Under the pieces are notes generated by a model. It searched no databases and was not told the DNA's origin. It saw only the letters and a program-made list of their open reading frames with translations. The position numbers and the translations under genes were made by a program. DNA of 64,000 nt, from contig CM119375.1 of the NCBI GenBank assembly GCA_051294905.1, positions 12,090,001 through 12,154,000 of the forward strand. Reading direction: 5' to 3'. The stretch comes from Botryllus schlosseri (lineage: Eukaryota). Positions 26,361 to 41,270 of this stretch are shown piece by piece (the stretch's first letter is position 1; each line of letters begins with the position of its first letter).

Positions 26361-29300
26361 GTAGCTTTTTCATTTTAGCTTATCTTTCAGTGTGTATTTC
26401 TCATATTTACATGTTCTTTTATTATTAGGCCTATATGTAGGCCCGGACATGTGTTTGATTACAATACATTGCGACTTGTTTCTTCATAAACTAACCTGAA
26501 CCGAATCTCCCAGGAATCTTGCCCGGTCAGGTTGAGGTTAATGGTAAGTTTTACTATAAGAATATGACCACGAGCTACTACACCGGACCGAAGTCGACTT
26601 CAGAATTTCCACCTCAGTGTTGTAGGATTATCTGTACTTCTCGACATCTGATCAGCGTAAGCGGTGTCTTACGAAAGCCTAAAACGGCAGTGGGCCGTGT
26701 TAAAAGTCGGCAACTCAGGATTTCAGGAATCGCAATGATAAATACCGGCCTTGTGTAGCATGACAAATGTGGTCAAAAGCCAAAACCCCACCAGTGATAT
26801 ATAGAACTTCTAGATATCCCTGAACCCCATGAGTACTACAACAGCAACAACGTGTAAATGCCACGTGACGAATAAATTCATTTGGTAAAGAAAGACACAC
26901 ACTTGAAACGCCCACTCCCCACGCCCACCTCAAAGGCTCACACAGACTAGCGCAGTGCCTACAATTGTGACACGACGAAAGTAAATGGCAAACATTGGAC
27001 TTAAATGTACCTGAAAATCGTTCATGGAGTGCGGTGTCGTAATGAGTATTGTGTTGCCACATGGAGTGCAAGGTATTGCAACATATACGATGGCTCGAAT
27101 ATGATAAAAATCAAGAAGTGGTATGATCCACAGCTGCAACATCAATAGGTTGCGGGTTGTAGTCCGACCGAGGCCGACTCCAGAATTCCTTCCCAAGTGT
27201 TGCAGGTTTATCCAGGTGCCTCCTCACCATATGATCCGCGTGGGCGGTGTCTTAAAAGCCTAGAAGTGGGCCGTACTACGGAATCAAAATAAAGATTATC
27301 GGCCTCGTGTAAATGACCATTGTAGTCGAAAAGACCATAAATACCACAAACAACATAGAACTGGGATACAATACATTTGATGCATCAAGCGCTATACACG
27401 TGATCGGTAACCACAGGTTAACCCCGACTGTCTGGTTAAAACATAACACCAGTATGGCGTGATATTCGGGCGTATACGGTATTCCCGAGTCAACGACTCG
27501 ACGAAGCTTACCTCTACCTTGCTGATGACTGGATGAGCGAATAGACTCGTCTCGTGTGAGACGTCAAGAGACGTGAAAAGATGAGGTCAACCAAACAGCG
27601 GTTACTTTGATATTTATCCCGAACAAACTGTTCGTGATCAAATAACGGCTCGACATATACATGTAAATTGTTTGAAATGTGTGGATACTATTCGACGCAG
27701 CTTGCTGAGTTATGATGCATAACCTGGCATTAGCGTATTTGAATACGTTGGAACGTCGGTGTTTTCGTTATTGCATGACTTATATATACTATGGGCTCTG
27801 ACATCAATGAAACGTTCATCGCGGTATTTGCAGATCCGATGTTATCTCAGTGAAAAGGTCAAATTATACTCGTTGTCTTTGACTTGAAAGCTATTCATCT
27901 CAACTTATATACTAAACAATCGCTCTGCATTAGCCCCAATGACATTTCTATTCCGACCACTTAAACCTATGGTTGACCACTTCTGCTGCATCGACAAATG
28001 AAAGTGTCCGGCGGTTTTGATAGTGGCCCTGCAATCCTGCACATGCTGGCAAAGTTTAAACCGTTTGTTGATCAGTCATCATATACAAGGATTAGAACAT
28101 AATCTGGGTTCATATCCTAATATTAAGATGAGAGATAGAAACGATCAACATCTGCAAATATTCAGATTCGGCGAAAACTTTAGCAAGTTGTTACTCATAT
28201 AATGACTCACAGTCCCACATATACAACTCACGTCTAAACGTCTAAATGACGTTAATGATCGTTATCCATATTTTACTACAATCCTCATTCCTCATACGTG
28301 AAATATGAAAATGCAACTATCCATCATGTGCCATACTCGTTTGGTTTTACGACATTCGCGGTAACTCACTACAACGCGGCCGGAAAGGGTATATGAGTGA
28401 TTCTGATACGTCACAGGGTCTTCGTACACCAAATGGTTAACCTTCACAGCCGGATAGATACTTACCAATGGATAAGTAAATTTATCCTAAAAGTGAGCTA
28501 TAATTTCATTTTGAATGACTGCAAATGATTTTTCACTTGCAATGTTTTGCTAACACCGCTCCGCTGGAAGGTGGCAACTAACCTGCACTAATGTTACAGC
28601 ATCGAAACAGTGGGTGTTTTAATAATAATGTCCCAGTACACAGTCGATGAAATAACAGGTGAAGGCGATCAACAAAGCAAAAGTTTCTTTGTCGCGAAAT
28701 CTCGAGTTGATGCATATCAAAAACATGGCGCATAGCATTATAGTGATGAACGGCGTTACGAGTTAGATTTAAATCTGAGTTTGGGTGACTTTCTTCCGAT
28801 GCTATTTAGTTAAATTGAAGAAACCATAAAGGGCTAGTCGAACATTTACAAATACAATGGTACTATTATACTTCAAACGTGCCTATTATACTTGTCAGGC
28901 ATACAGCAAGCTTGTAACATGGTGGCGTGATTAGAAACGGCGATTGCGGGCCCGGTGAATAACACAATCAAATCAGAGAACGCACAGATCGTAACATATA
29001 AACTTAATCGAAATGGAGAACATTCCGTGTTATAAATTCATCATAATGGATCAACGCTTGAAACTTGATGGGTTGTAAGTTTCGCTACAAACAGATTTAA
29101 CATTGATAAATTGTAATAGGAAATTTGCAAGGCTTGCCGTGCCGTTTACGCTACAAGACTTTTGTTATATGGAGAAACATTGCGCTGCACGACATGCATA
29201 TGCGAGGGCTGTGTCTTCACCACTTCATTGCCCGGACGCGCATATCCATGATTGCTGGATAATTCATTCTAAGGTTGGTTGCATATAGTGGGAAACCTTA

Positions 29301-32300
29301 TTTCAAGTTGAAACTGAGTTCTATAAAATGTTACTCAAGCACGTGCCTCTATTTCTTCGACGAATAAAAGCTATTTCAGACAAAGCTAGAGCAATAATGG
29401 AATGGTGTCTGACTATAGCTAAGTACAATATGGTGAAGTGGGAACCCCTTGAGTACTGCGAGTCGTATGAATTGCGTTACATTTTAGGCAGACCGCATTA
29501 TTCTTGCTCTCCGTATTGAAGAACTCCAGTCACGCGAATGATGATTTAACAAGAGAAAACCTGTCACGGGAATGGCTGGATGATCTTGTCCTTGGTGCGA
29601 GGCGATGTTTGCTAATGTTGCTATTTGTAATTGTAATGCCAACATGTTCAGGAGTTAATCCGTTACGGAACTGAATCTGAGGCAGAAGTGTAACTTGGGC
29701 GCGGACCCGAATGTAGGTCGCAACCTGATTTAAGCCCGATGTGACCCCGGAAACTCCGTGGTATAAAGTTTATATCGTTGATTGGTCCAGTATTCATTCT
29801 ACTAAATTTACACCCGAAATATTTTATAAAGCTGGGTCGTAATCCCGGCACAACTTCGAACCTCTGCTCTATGCGCTAACAGAATGGAAAGATTACCTAG
29901 CCGGATTATCTTCTTCCACATATAAAGTGTGACACAGGTTCATAACTTATTTCGACTAAAATTAGTAATTATAATTCAATTTCGAAGACCCTTCTTCCTC
30001 GACGTTCAATTTGTAGACAAGACACAATCCGCGAATATATTTTAAATGACAGTAAAATCCACGAACCACAAATTTCGAATTGTGCTAATACCTTTACAAT
30101 TACGTTAAAACTAAGATCACTCAACTAGTAAAATGTTCATTTCAGGAGAGCAATGGAGTGGCAATATTATGTCACAAATATAGCAAGTGGTGGAAAACCT
30201 CTCAAATTTTCCGAATCAGCCCTGTGTAAAATGACGAATGTAATTTATTAATATCAAAACAATAACATCAACACATACAGTTTTAATATTTATCAATCCA
30301 TACAAAATCTTGGAAGAAGTAGATTCCTTGTCAATTTGTACTATTAGCACTCTTCATAGCAGCGAGTAAATGTCTTATCCCTGTGTCCATAAAAGAACAT
30401 TGCATTCCAGTACAAGAGTACAAGAGGGGACGTTCATCTCTGACAGCACACCGGTTCAACACAAAATTGCAGCAGCGGCGCATCTGTTGTAGAGAAATGC
30501 ATCCTATAAAGTTTCCGATTAGATTATCACTTTGAGCATTTCGGAATGCGGAAATTTCCACGAAAGAAGCTTTAAGAGATGAAATGTTTTGCCGTTGTAA
30601 ACGGTACATGTATCTGAAATTAAATCGCAGCTGCGCGTCTATTAATTTGCTAATGAAAGTTATAACGCTCAATTTCTCGCGGATGAACGCTAGAAAAATA
30701 TTGCTCTCGATAATTGTTAATTTTAGCTTTAAAAGAGAGATTTTGCCACAAACAATGGCTCGCCCGGGGCTACGAAAACCGATTCGAATACTTACAACAA
30801 GACAGCATTGTTACTTTTGTAAAATTCTTTGAAACGAGAATATCTACATGGCCAAAGACTCTATGGATTTCGTGCGGATTAAAACTTGGGCTAATACTCA
30901 AATGCGTCGCTGTTTATGTACAATCACGCACTGGCGATAATTTCTAGAAGTTTCGCTGTTTTACGTGATGCCGGTGCATTAAATCGGATGATATTGCATG
31001 AAACCGTATCAAACTTTTGAACTTTTTGTCCGTATCAGAAATGAGAATATCACAAGCGTGGTAGCGTGACAGAGACATGTCGTGCTGATGAATTATCGCG
31101 AGGACTTAGTTTTAATCAAGATGAGATTGGAGGCGGAGCGTGACGGTTGTTACCCCACGGCTATTATTCGTAGGCGAAAAATCTCTGTTTCGACAAAACT
31201 TATCATGGGATACTGCTCGCCTGATATTTTTGCTGGAACCACAAATCGCTAACCTACATAAACAGTTGATTACGTCATCGGGAATATTTCTGTTTTAACC
31301 GCGAATTCATCGTTACTGATACGACGCCGGCAATGCGGCATTGGTGTAGCTGCACTTATCAGATATAACTGTACGGTGAATCGCCTCACATTACGTACTC
31401 TCGTAAGTCGTATGATGGAATAGTGAGGTGTAACTTGAATGGTCAATGGACATCCATTTTTAAACCAGTTACACATACACCCAAAGGGCCGAAAAGGGTT
31501 GGACCCGAAATCATAACCTTACTCAGAAGTATATTGAGGTCATAAAACCTGCGTGCCTACGTGCATGCATAATTTGGATTAAAATGTTGTACTCGATTTG
31601 TAACAGGAAGAGTCTGCTGTTATCCCACTAGAAATAATTACAATGTACCTTCCGTTACATCCACTACGAGCTGAAATCCAATTAATTATACCAACGTCGA
31701 CAGAAAACGTCCAATCCATCAGCAATGTAAGTGCACCACCAAATCCGCTGTGACACTATCATAGGGTCGTGAACGTCAATTTCACAGCGGGTCACATCAC
31801 AAATATGGCTGCCTTTGACGGGCCAAATATCTTACAAAAGTGTGACCTAACCTTCAGCAAATATGTCAAGATCTAGAGAGTCATACACATCTAGGAGTAT
31901 TTTCGACTGGATCATAGCCTCATATGGACTTATAGTATACCTTTGTCAGGCATGGTAGGTATGATAGGTGGTTCGTGGTATATATTTCTCATGGCGACGG
32001 AACAATTTGGGGACTCCTCCAAGCGATTCACCGTGTACGTTCCGTATTAGTGAAATCTGGATACGATCCCGCACACCTTTTGTGGGGTTCTAGGTGGATC
32101 ACTGGGAAACGTGGGCCATATGCCATACCGAACTGAACTACCATTTCGGTATGCGAGAATCGCGGGGATCGGCTCTCAATGTGACACAGTTCTCTCATCC
32201 GGTTTAAATCACATATTTTGAGGAGTAATGCGGAGGATGTACTTTACAGCAGTGGTTCACAACGTTTTTGTCTTCGCGGACCCCTTTCGGACCGTCACGG

Positions 32301-35300
32301 ATTCCGCGGACCCCCAGGAAGTTTCAGGTCAAATTTAGCTGAATTATCGTGCAATCGTCATCTGTCTCGTGCATATAATCACTATAGGCTTAGTGATAAC
32401 CAGCAACAAAATGACTTTTCTTGAAAATAAGATCATTCTATTCGTATAAAAATTGGGTCGACTTCTATTATTTGAAAGCGAATTCTGTAACTGCATTTCT
32501 TGAAATACGTGGTCGTGTCTTGAAAATCCGCTCCTGCGATTGATATGAACGGGTGTCGAAAATCCATTTGCACTAATAAAGGTGGTGGCGAATGCAATAA
32601 TCACGCGCAACGCGTAACGTAACGTAATAGGCTGGAACCCTGGAACTCGGGTGGATTTCAAGGGGAACCTTACGTGTCATATTGACATCGGATTTAACCC
32701 AAAATAAAGTATATAATCCATATTATCGATAACTCTATTTAGTGTCGGTCAGAGACCGAAGTCCGATTTGACTTCTAGCGTCAGACATAATGACATGTAT
32801 AGGAAAAGATAGCAAAAAACTACGATCGAAGGTAAGTAAGAGGGATATATCATCATGGGGTATATATAAGATGTCTATTGTGTTGGTATACTGACATTAA
32901 TATTCGGGAACGCTGTGATAGCTAGCGAAATACCGTTTCATACTTTGTTCACAAAACATCTTGCAGTGTCGCGATATATGTATGAGGTGAGAGTGGATAA
33001 ACAGAAACCAAAGCCCTTTTCTAATGGTACACATTCAAAAATAATGGTTTATATTGTCGATTTCACGTGAATTAGTCGAAAAGGTCAATTCCACGATACG
33101 ATAGATTGATGTAACTCTTGTAGTAATGTGGTTAAGTGGCGAATGAACGTGTTGAGACTGGATATTTCGAGGCCGACTTCTTCCAAACGTTGATAAATGA
33201 ATTTTTTGGTCATATCACATTCTTGAAGAGCATCAATACTCTCGCGGGCAATAAAAGCTTTCCTGGCACTATGACGACATGTCATTCCTGACAATGCGTT
33301 AAAGCGGGGGGGGGGGACTTCTTTTAGATGGCAGCTCATGTAAGTCCCTAGTAATATTGCGTGCATCACCTGCTCCCCACGTGTATATGTCACAGTCGAG
33401 TGGAGACTAGGGAAAGCCACTCGCTGGCGCGAAAACACATGCACCGTGAGTTTGAAAATGGCCCACTACATTATGTCAACTACAGGAAAATTACGCGACT
33501 AGCACAGAGAGAGATGTCATCCCATATTCTCGCAGCCTCCCTGAGTCATTTGTTCTGGTCTTTTTAGCTTGTTACGGAAAACTGGTCGCTCGCGAACCAA
33601 AGTTGGCGGCTCCCTCTAATGTTGCGATGACATAGTCTCGCGAAAATGAGGGATCGGATGTTTATCTTTTCGCGTCAGTGACTTCTTAGATGGCTTTGTG
33701 CAAACAATATTTAAATTGCTGCTCACTACTCTCGTATCAGGGATATTTGTTCCGTCGCCTGTGACAGCATATGTTGTAATTAATCGAACATGAATGCATA
33801 TTTCTAGCGGTTACAGCAAGGCCGAATTCACATGGTTTAGAAATAGTATGTTGAAGCAACGTGGGATGAATATATTTTGTTCGGTTAAAATAAAGTGTTT
33901 GGACATATAGAGTGATCCTGGCAACAATCGTATGACCAATTGCCATTTCACTGCGTTGGCGATTGCTATTATTCACAATAGTGCGTATTGTTTCTCTGCC
34001 GGAATAGTTTAATCTTTAATCAATTGGATTATTCATTTAATCCCGTTATATTCGTTGACAGTTTCGAATTATCATTACGAAGTACTCACTTTGGCAGTAT
34101 ATCAAGTCATGGACCAACCGGTCTTAACGTTTCTGTTGTGAAATGATTGTATCTGAGGAAGAAAAGCAAGTTTGTAATATTCTGTTACATGCAAATCATT
34201 ATATGACTGATAGTACTGCCTGATAGGTCTGTGAAGCTAGTCGCGTACTGATTCACCAAATCAACATGGGCATTGCCTAGCTCAGACCGTGTTATGGTGT
34301 GATGACATCACTGGAGTTCGTGCCGTATTCAACACCTGTAAGTCTATATCCGCCGATTTCAAATGGGACAGGTCATAGAAGCACAGACTCCAAATATTAC
34401 AGATATTACAGTCCCGGCTAATTCCCTCAACCAATAGGGTACCGTACACGATAGCGTGCAAATACTTCTCTTGTGTGTAAGTCCTGTAACATGTAGAACT
34501 GCCGTCTAATTTTATGTAAGAAATGTCCGTTGACACCGCAAGTGTTAGTTGTACTGTTAATTATAATGTGCGATTCGTACACCACTTCAAACATGCCAAA
34601 AAAGCTCAAATCGATAGAGGTTAGATAACGCAAACACTGTAATTTTGTGGTTTTGCCGATTATTCCGAGTACATCAAACGAAGTCAAGCGTCCCTCTGGC
34701 GAATACTAATGTGATTCACGCCTATTCATCTTCAAAGGATCAAGGCGCCAAGCTTCGCGAGTCGATCGACTGTAACATATTCCACAACACCCGAGCATCT
34801 ACCGCACTGATATTAATTTTACAATACTTTAAAATTAACACAATAAATAAGAAAATCGCAACACAAGAAACATAGTTCGCGAATTCTATTTTCGTTGACC
34901 TAACTAGCAAAACGAATGCCTCATAACATTATGTAATATATCTGACATAATCTAGTAATAATTGATATATAATTCTACTTTTTAATGAGCATAATATGTC
35001 AGTAAAGTCCCAACACATGGAATATAGCTAGTGATTTATATTTTCGCAGGTCTAACGGGACCTACGATACTCAAGTGTTGTAGGCCTCGGGTCTACGTAG
35101 AAAAACAGATACGTAACATCGTTATGCAATTTTTCTGACGTAACGGGGCGTTTTTTCAGCGTTGTTGGTGCTGTGATACTGTACCGGTATGATTTGACTG
35201 AATTAGAGGTTTAGAGCCGGGAAAGTCATGTCAGAAGTGGAACAGATAACTGTCTGCCGTGTATGACTAATTGACAATGTATATTTGAATTGCATACATT

Positions 35301-38300
35301 CCATATCCGATGTCAGTCGGAAGACACAGGTCAGGTTTCAAAACATTCAGTATCGTATTGGCCAAAGAATTTAACAAGTGCATTCCCCACACAGAACGAC
35401 TCAAATATCAGGCCCATGCATAGCCGAACGCACACGTCAGCGAATATAGATCGCGTCGTAGTGGTGATCAATTCAGCAAACCTATAGTATGAGGAAACGA
35501 ACGGGAAATGTACTTGTTCAATGTCACGCTTTTAATCTTGATACGGCGGGCGTGTAAGTTTCAGTGCCTTTATCGAGTCCGGCGAAGTAGAGTTTCCCAC
35601 GAATCGCGTTAAAATTCGGAACCAGCATCAGTCACCACGCTTCCCACCATATCCCTGTTGGAGACACAATGTCACGAAATTTGAACGCAGTATTCGCATA
35701 CTGTCAGAGGCCGTTTAGTTGAACCATATCGCGAGTAAATTGCTGGAAGTCGAGGTTCACGCGTCATTGAATATCCGAGGGCAATAGCCGTTTCTCAAAC
35801 GGTGACAATATTAGACTCCATGCATGGTAAGCCAGCTTATTGCTGAGGCGCAGTCTGTTTTACGCGTATTCACGTCACTCGAATCACGAAATGAAGCCGT
35901 GTTTGACTGAATATGGCGACATAATACGCGTAAATTTTTCTGTTCTCTACTAGAAAATATACACTCGGGCTCTAAAACCATGCCTTCCATGCTCAGTTGC
36001 TCATACAAGGCACGGTAAAGCTACGCATTTCTTGAACTTTGAGCGATGTCGCCGATTTCACTACCGAGTGCATTGCTCAGTTTAATTGGCTCAGATAACT
36101 ATTTTGTCTAATTATTACTACGTTGTTAAAAATGTCTGGACTAAATATGTCCATTGTCCAGTGTTAACTTATAGGGGAAAGTGTGAGGTAGGGGAATACG
36201 TTTTGACTGCAAACGGTAATCCAATGTGTGACCTTCCTATTACTATGAAGGGTTTACGGCACGATAAGCCAGACCACCCACTGTTTTCACTAAAGCATTG
36301 ATGAATATGCCTTCAATTTACTACCCACAAATCGAGTCCTTATAGATACAGATAACAGAAACGGGTTCGTAGCCAGGGTACCGTACGGCAAAAATCAATT
36401 CGTCAAAATTATTGAGATTATCTATTGCACATTGCGCCGTGCCATCGTTGTATTGACGGAATGTATATTCATGCGATGAGGACTCTGCGATATACGCAAA
36501 TGTCTAAATATCTCGCATGCAAGCTACCATGATTCAACCATAATTAACACATAAGGATGAACGAAAGGTTAATATTCATGTAGAGGGCAATTCTTCTGAC
36601 AGAAGAAAACGATCGTACGTTCACCTTGGCCAAATGCGACACGGAAGAAAATTTGTGCCAATCTTTAATGGTTTACGGCCCGCGAAGTGGGCTCTAATTT
36701 GGCGCAGTCTGATACGTTTGAGCTATATATGCTCAAGCGGGCTAATCTCATGGCCAAAACAACACTAAAATCACTAATATATGCGTACGCTGACTTTGCG
36801 CGTGGATACAGCCCGGGCCCTAGGTTAACTCAAGATTGTTAGTTATCGTAGGCCCCGGATAACTTAAAAATCTTTTAGCGCAACGCGCGATTTTCGGACA
36901 GCTGTTCCCCATTATTACGTGTAGTTTTATGATTAATTTTATAGTGAAGTCTCCCAATCACCGCTGCCAATACCTAACGAGTTGCTTGTCCACGTCCAGG
37001 CAACCACTACAAAACATATATGCGACCCGCGTTTTCATGTCGCTGTTTATACTTGTCAATAATGTTGCACATGCACATTGCACAATGCACGTCCATGGTT
37101 TACTCATGAAGTATTGACGATATTGATATTTGTTAAGTCGGAATTTTATCAGATGAGCTAACAACAAGTTTCAAATTTATTAGGATAATCTCTTTGAACT
37201 TGAACGAAACCATGACAGGCGTCGCATGAATTCATTGTTCGCTCTCGATTGACTGTTTTTAATATTGCTTCTTCGACATAGAATCCCGCACTACTCCTGT
37301 GCACAGTTCATTTGATAAGCTATGATTGTAGTATAGCTTTGGACCAGGCTATGTGGATTGACAACAAAATTGCATGGGCACTTTTTAAAATTTACGTTTT
37401 GAGCCAGCCTCAGCAAGAAGGTTAGGGGCATGTAACGTGAAATTGATACGCCCGCGCCGCGGTCACGTTTTCAGATGTAATCTGGGTATTAGATGTGTAA
37501 CGTACCAAGTACTACAATGCGAAACTATTCAATTAGCTCCAAATTTCCTAGTTCTGTTATACAGGAACGAGCTGCAAAAGCATTTCGGCGATTTGGTGGG
37601 ATTACAGTTATTTCGGTGAGTATAGTCTTTGTTGTACACGGTAAGTTTGTATAACGAAAGCATCACATCTGATGCGGTAAACATTGATCACTCATCAAAT
37701 GGAATGTTAAGCGCAAGATGCTTGAAGGCACTTCGATTTTCAATTGCAAAGGAGTAAAGCAACAACGTAGGCATGCATATATCTTCTTAAACTTACTCCG
37801 TGCCGTTGAAAGGGTTGACGTCAAACGCGAAAAGAGTTGTCGACTTGTGTGACACGAGTGTGAGATTAATTGTCGTGCGGGTACAAATTATGCGATGTTT
37901 TTCGCACTTCATTTGGAGTGTGGCGGTCGGCCGTGGCCTCATACACAAATGACAACGCCGAAGGGCGTCGTTTTCAAGGGTTTCATTGACGTGTAATGCA
38001 CGAGAGTGCAAACTTCACAGAAGCATGAATTTGCCTATTGTTCCGTACTAAATGAAGTAGCCCAAATTCTCGCCTGCGTCTACGTATTAACTTGTTGCAT
38101 GTCGCGGACGATAGAAAAGATTTTTTTATGCAAGCGATAATCTTGTAATAATCTTGTAGTGAATATAACTTTACAAATTATTATGAGCATTATGACTTTC
38201 ACGATAATATAACCAGACAAAAACTGGATATACGTGAGTCATATCTTTCATTTTACTTCTACACTTCCTTTAATATGCGATGATTTGAATATTGTAAAAG

Positions 38301-38989
38301 CCCCTCCTGAATCATCGACAATCATCCGTAGAGTAGATAGCTCACATCACGATCAGCTGTGGTACCTATACGGTCGTTTTATGTATAGCAGGCTGTCTGG
38401 TTTTAGTATCTGACGGCACACCGGCTTTGATATTTCGTTCTGGCTTATTGATGAATATCGATATTGGCTAGTGCTGCCACCGAGTGCCCAGGATCGAAAA
38501 CAGCGATTGCACGCTTGGTAGCACCTCAGTCTGTACGCTGTTACTGCGTCTACCAAATCAGTATCGGTTTATTAATCATTTCATCAGTTGATTTTATCAG
38601 TGATTCTGAAACTCACATGTTCTACAACATATTCTCAAAATGAATATCTATCCGACCCCTTGATGTAATATCTGAATTGCGGGGCTTAGCAGCAGCCTAG
38701 CGATGACGAAACTGGTTTACTGAACAATGTGCATTGTGCAACCACTGGGCTAACTCACAGGTGCCAGTAGACTATAAGAAATTTTGTCGATTTAGTATTT
38801 CGTGGGAGCCCAGCTCTATTTTGCAATTAGTTAGTTTTACGAAGTCGAAGCTTGCTCACTTAAAATCGCGAGTCACTTATGGTTATGGTTAGGGAGTGTT
38901 CTTTCTGCTAAATAATACTTAAAATCACCAACACGGCCATCCGACTAGTACTCTAGATATTCCTACTTCGTAGGCCTACTTACTTGTAC

Positions 38990-39549
38990 CAGGGTTGTAA
39001 TGAGTCGAGTCGCGATTTTCTGATGACTCCACTTGACTCAGGTCATATCCTCAAAATACGCAAATGACTCGACTCGACTCGAGTCAATTTGTGTATCGAA
39101 TCGACTTGCACTCGAGTCATTGCGCATGACTCAAGACTCAGACGGCCAAGACCGACATTTCATTGTAATTTCGAAGAACAGTAGAGTAACCAACCTATTG
39201 GGATTTCGTCTATTGGTACTGGTACATGACATTGCGACAAGAAACTGCTAAAAGTGAGGGAAATCAGTATATTATAAATGCGAACCATTCGATATCACCA
39301 AACAGAGTTATAAAAAGTGGGCTGAACAAGACTTTAATTGCAAACTGAGCACTTGAGCAGTCAACACAATGACTTGGACTCGGACTCGAGTAATATTACC
39401 ATGACTCTGACTATAGACCCTCTGCTCGATGACTTGGACTCGGACTTGACTCGGTGTTGAATTGGAAATGACTCGACTTGACTCGAGTCAAAACTATAAA
39501 AGTGAGATTTACTTTTGACTCAGAGCCTTGTGACTTGGTTACAACCCCG
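38990..39549. mobile_element. hAT-type MITE with GACTC/GAGTC subterminal repeats
   Basis: CAGGGTTGTAA...TTACAACCCCG. Degenerate TSD ACTTGTAC / ACATGTAG. Many GACTCGA/GACTTG motifs; fragments recur near 44170, 45200 and 51600. Confidence 0.75.
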
Positions 39550-39735
39550 ACATGTAGGCCTACCCACCGCAGTCAGATCAGAATATACATGCCCATTAGG
39601 GCTCTTCAAGAATGACTTTTTTTCTCAAATCGTACTGGCTACTTGATAAAATTGTTAGGTTACCTAATTTAAGCCTACACACAAAATTTGGTTCAATTCC
39701 AGCCAGTACCCGCTTTGCTACAGGAGAAGAAAGTT

Positions 39736-41270
39736 TCTATTTATTATATAAAAATAAATAATAAAAGATTTGAAAATTTTCTGTTCACCCCATGAAAGTG
39801 TTAGGCTGTCTATAGAAACTATGCTCATTTTTTTGTGGGGGGATGACCGCGGTCATCCCAAATTTAATTCAAATATAATTTCAATACAAGAAAAGGGCAA
39901 ATTATTCTATCAAATCATATTTCTCATTCGCAGCATTCATTCGGTAAAGTTTCAAACACAAAATGACATTCGCTCTCACATTCATACCCACACATATTCA
40001 TTTCGGTTTCTTTTTCAGATTTCGTCATCGTCATCATCGTCCATCGGTCGTTCGTCATCATTCTTTCGTCGTCGTGTCTCCGTCATCACCATTCTCGTTC
40101 GTTCGCCATCCTTCGTTCTCGTTCATCAATCCCATTCAAGTCTCCGTCATCAGCATTATCTCTTGTCGTCCTCCATTCAAGTCTTCAGGTTTGTATTTTC
40201 GGTGATTGTTTTCCCTTTTAGGTTAGGGGTTCTTCCGCCTTTTCTTCGAATTTTTTCAAGGTGTCAATATGATTCCAATTTGGTGATTTTCTTATTCGTG
40301 TCGCCATCTTCCGCAGGATGTTTCGGGTCAAATTTCTTTTTCTTCTTCGTCGTTTTCGGTTGTTTTGTTTTCAATGTCTAGGTACCATTTATATTTTAGG
40401 ATGACTTTCTTGAAGATCGAGATCAGAGCTATGGTGGTTTCGCTCGTCGTGCCTTGATGTTGCAGTATGAGCTTCAGCTCTCTGAGTCTGATGTTGAAGA
40501 TTATTTCTATTTTTTCAGTATGTCCTGTGTGAATTTACATCCCCCAAATACGTGTTGGATTGTGTCATTTTCTTGTTGACACAGTCTACATTTGTGGGTT
40601 TCAATTTTTCCATTTCTAATTTTCAGTAGGTTTCTTTTTCTCTTTGCTTCACCGAATAGATATCCTTCATTAGCTAATCTGAAATTGATGATTTTTTCTT
40701 CGTTTTTTAGTATAAGGTTCATCCGCGATTTCTCAAGGGTGAGGTTATCCCAGCTTGCTTTCTGGTTTGCTTGGTTTTCGTGAAAAGAATTTAATTTATT
40801 GTATAACTCTTTGAATTTGAGTTTCTGCCAATCTTCTTTATCTATATTCATTTTTTTGAAGAGCTCTACGTGATCTGCCAAGCTCTTCTCTATTTTTAGC
40901 TTGTGTGACATCTCGTTGGTATAGAGTTCACCGTTTATTTCTCTAATTTTAGTTCCTAGTTCCTAGTACATCTTTATGTAGTGCCACATTTTTGTCGGAT
41001 TATCTTGTTTTGCCATTTCTTTGTATTTAATGATGTGGCAAGATTCAGATAAGGTTGTCATGTAAGGTATTTTCAGTCCCCCTTCTGTCTTCTTTTTGAT
41101 CATAGTTGTTCTTTTGATCGTTTCTATTCTTTCTGGCAGATATAAGTATCTGAAGAACATACCTTCAATCTGCTTTTGTATTTCTCGGGGTATCTTCTCT
41201 ATTCTTGCTGTGTCCAACTGATTATGAAATTTCCTCATGCGGCATGCTTGGATAAAAATGTATATGCAAT
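39736..41270 (-). mobile_element. 5'-truncated L1/Tx1-clade LINE (3' part of ORF2 plus 3' UTR), disrupted
   Basis: Minus-strand ORFs 40963-41292 (KKTEGGLKIP) and 40507-40911 (zinc knuckle CRLCQQENDTIQHVFGGC) match the post-RT region of L1/Tx1 ORF2. The frame continues after a shift to about 40270. AATAAA near 39740. Confidence 0.75.

Noticed and set aside
30323-30540. Plus frame resembling a secreted peptide precursor (FVLLALFIAASKC...KRG)
   Set aside because: No start codon, an upstream in-frame stop, no convincing acceptor, and only about 70 codons.
33085-33300. NAL...HSARKAFIARES motif recalling LTR-retrotransposon polyproteins
   Set aside because: Similarity is limited to about 15 residues, with no LTR, RT or integrase nearby.
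39770-40381. 203-aa Ser/Phe-rich plus-strand ORF
   Set aside because: Antisense reading of the low-complexity LINE 3' region.
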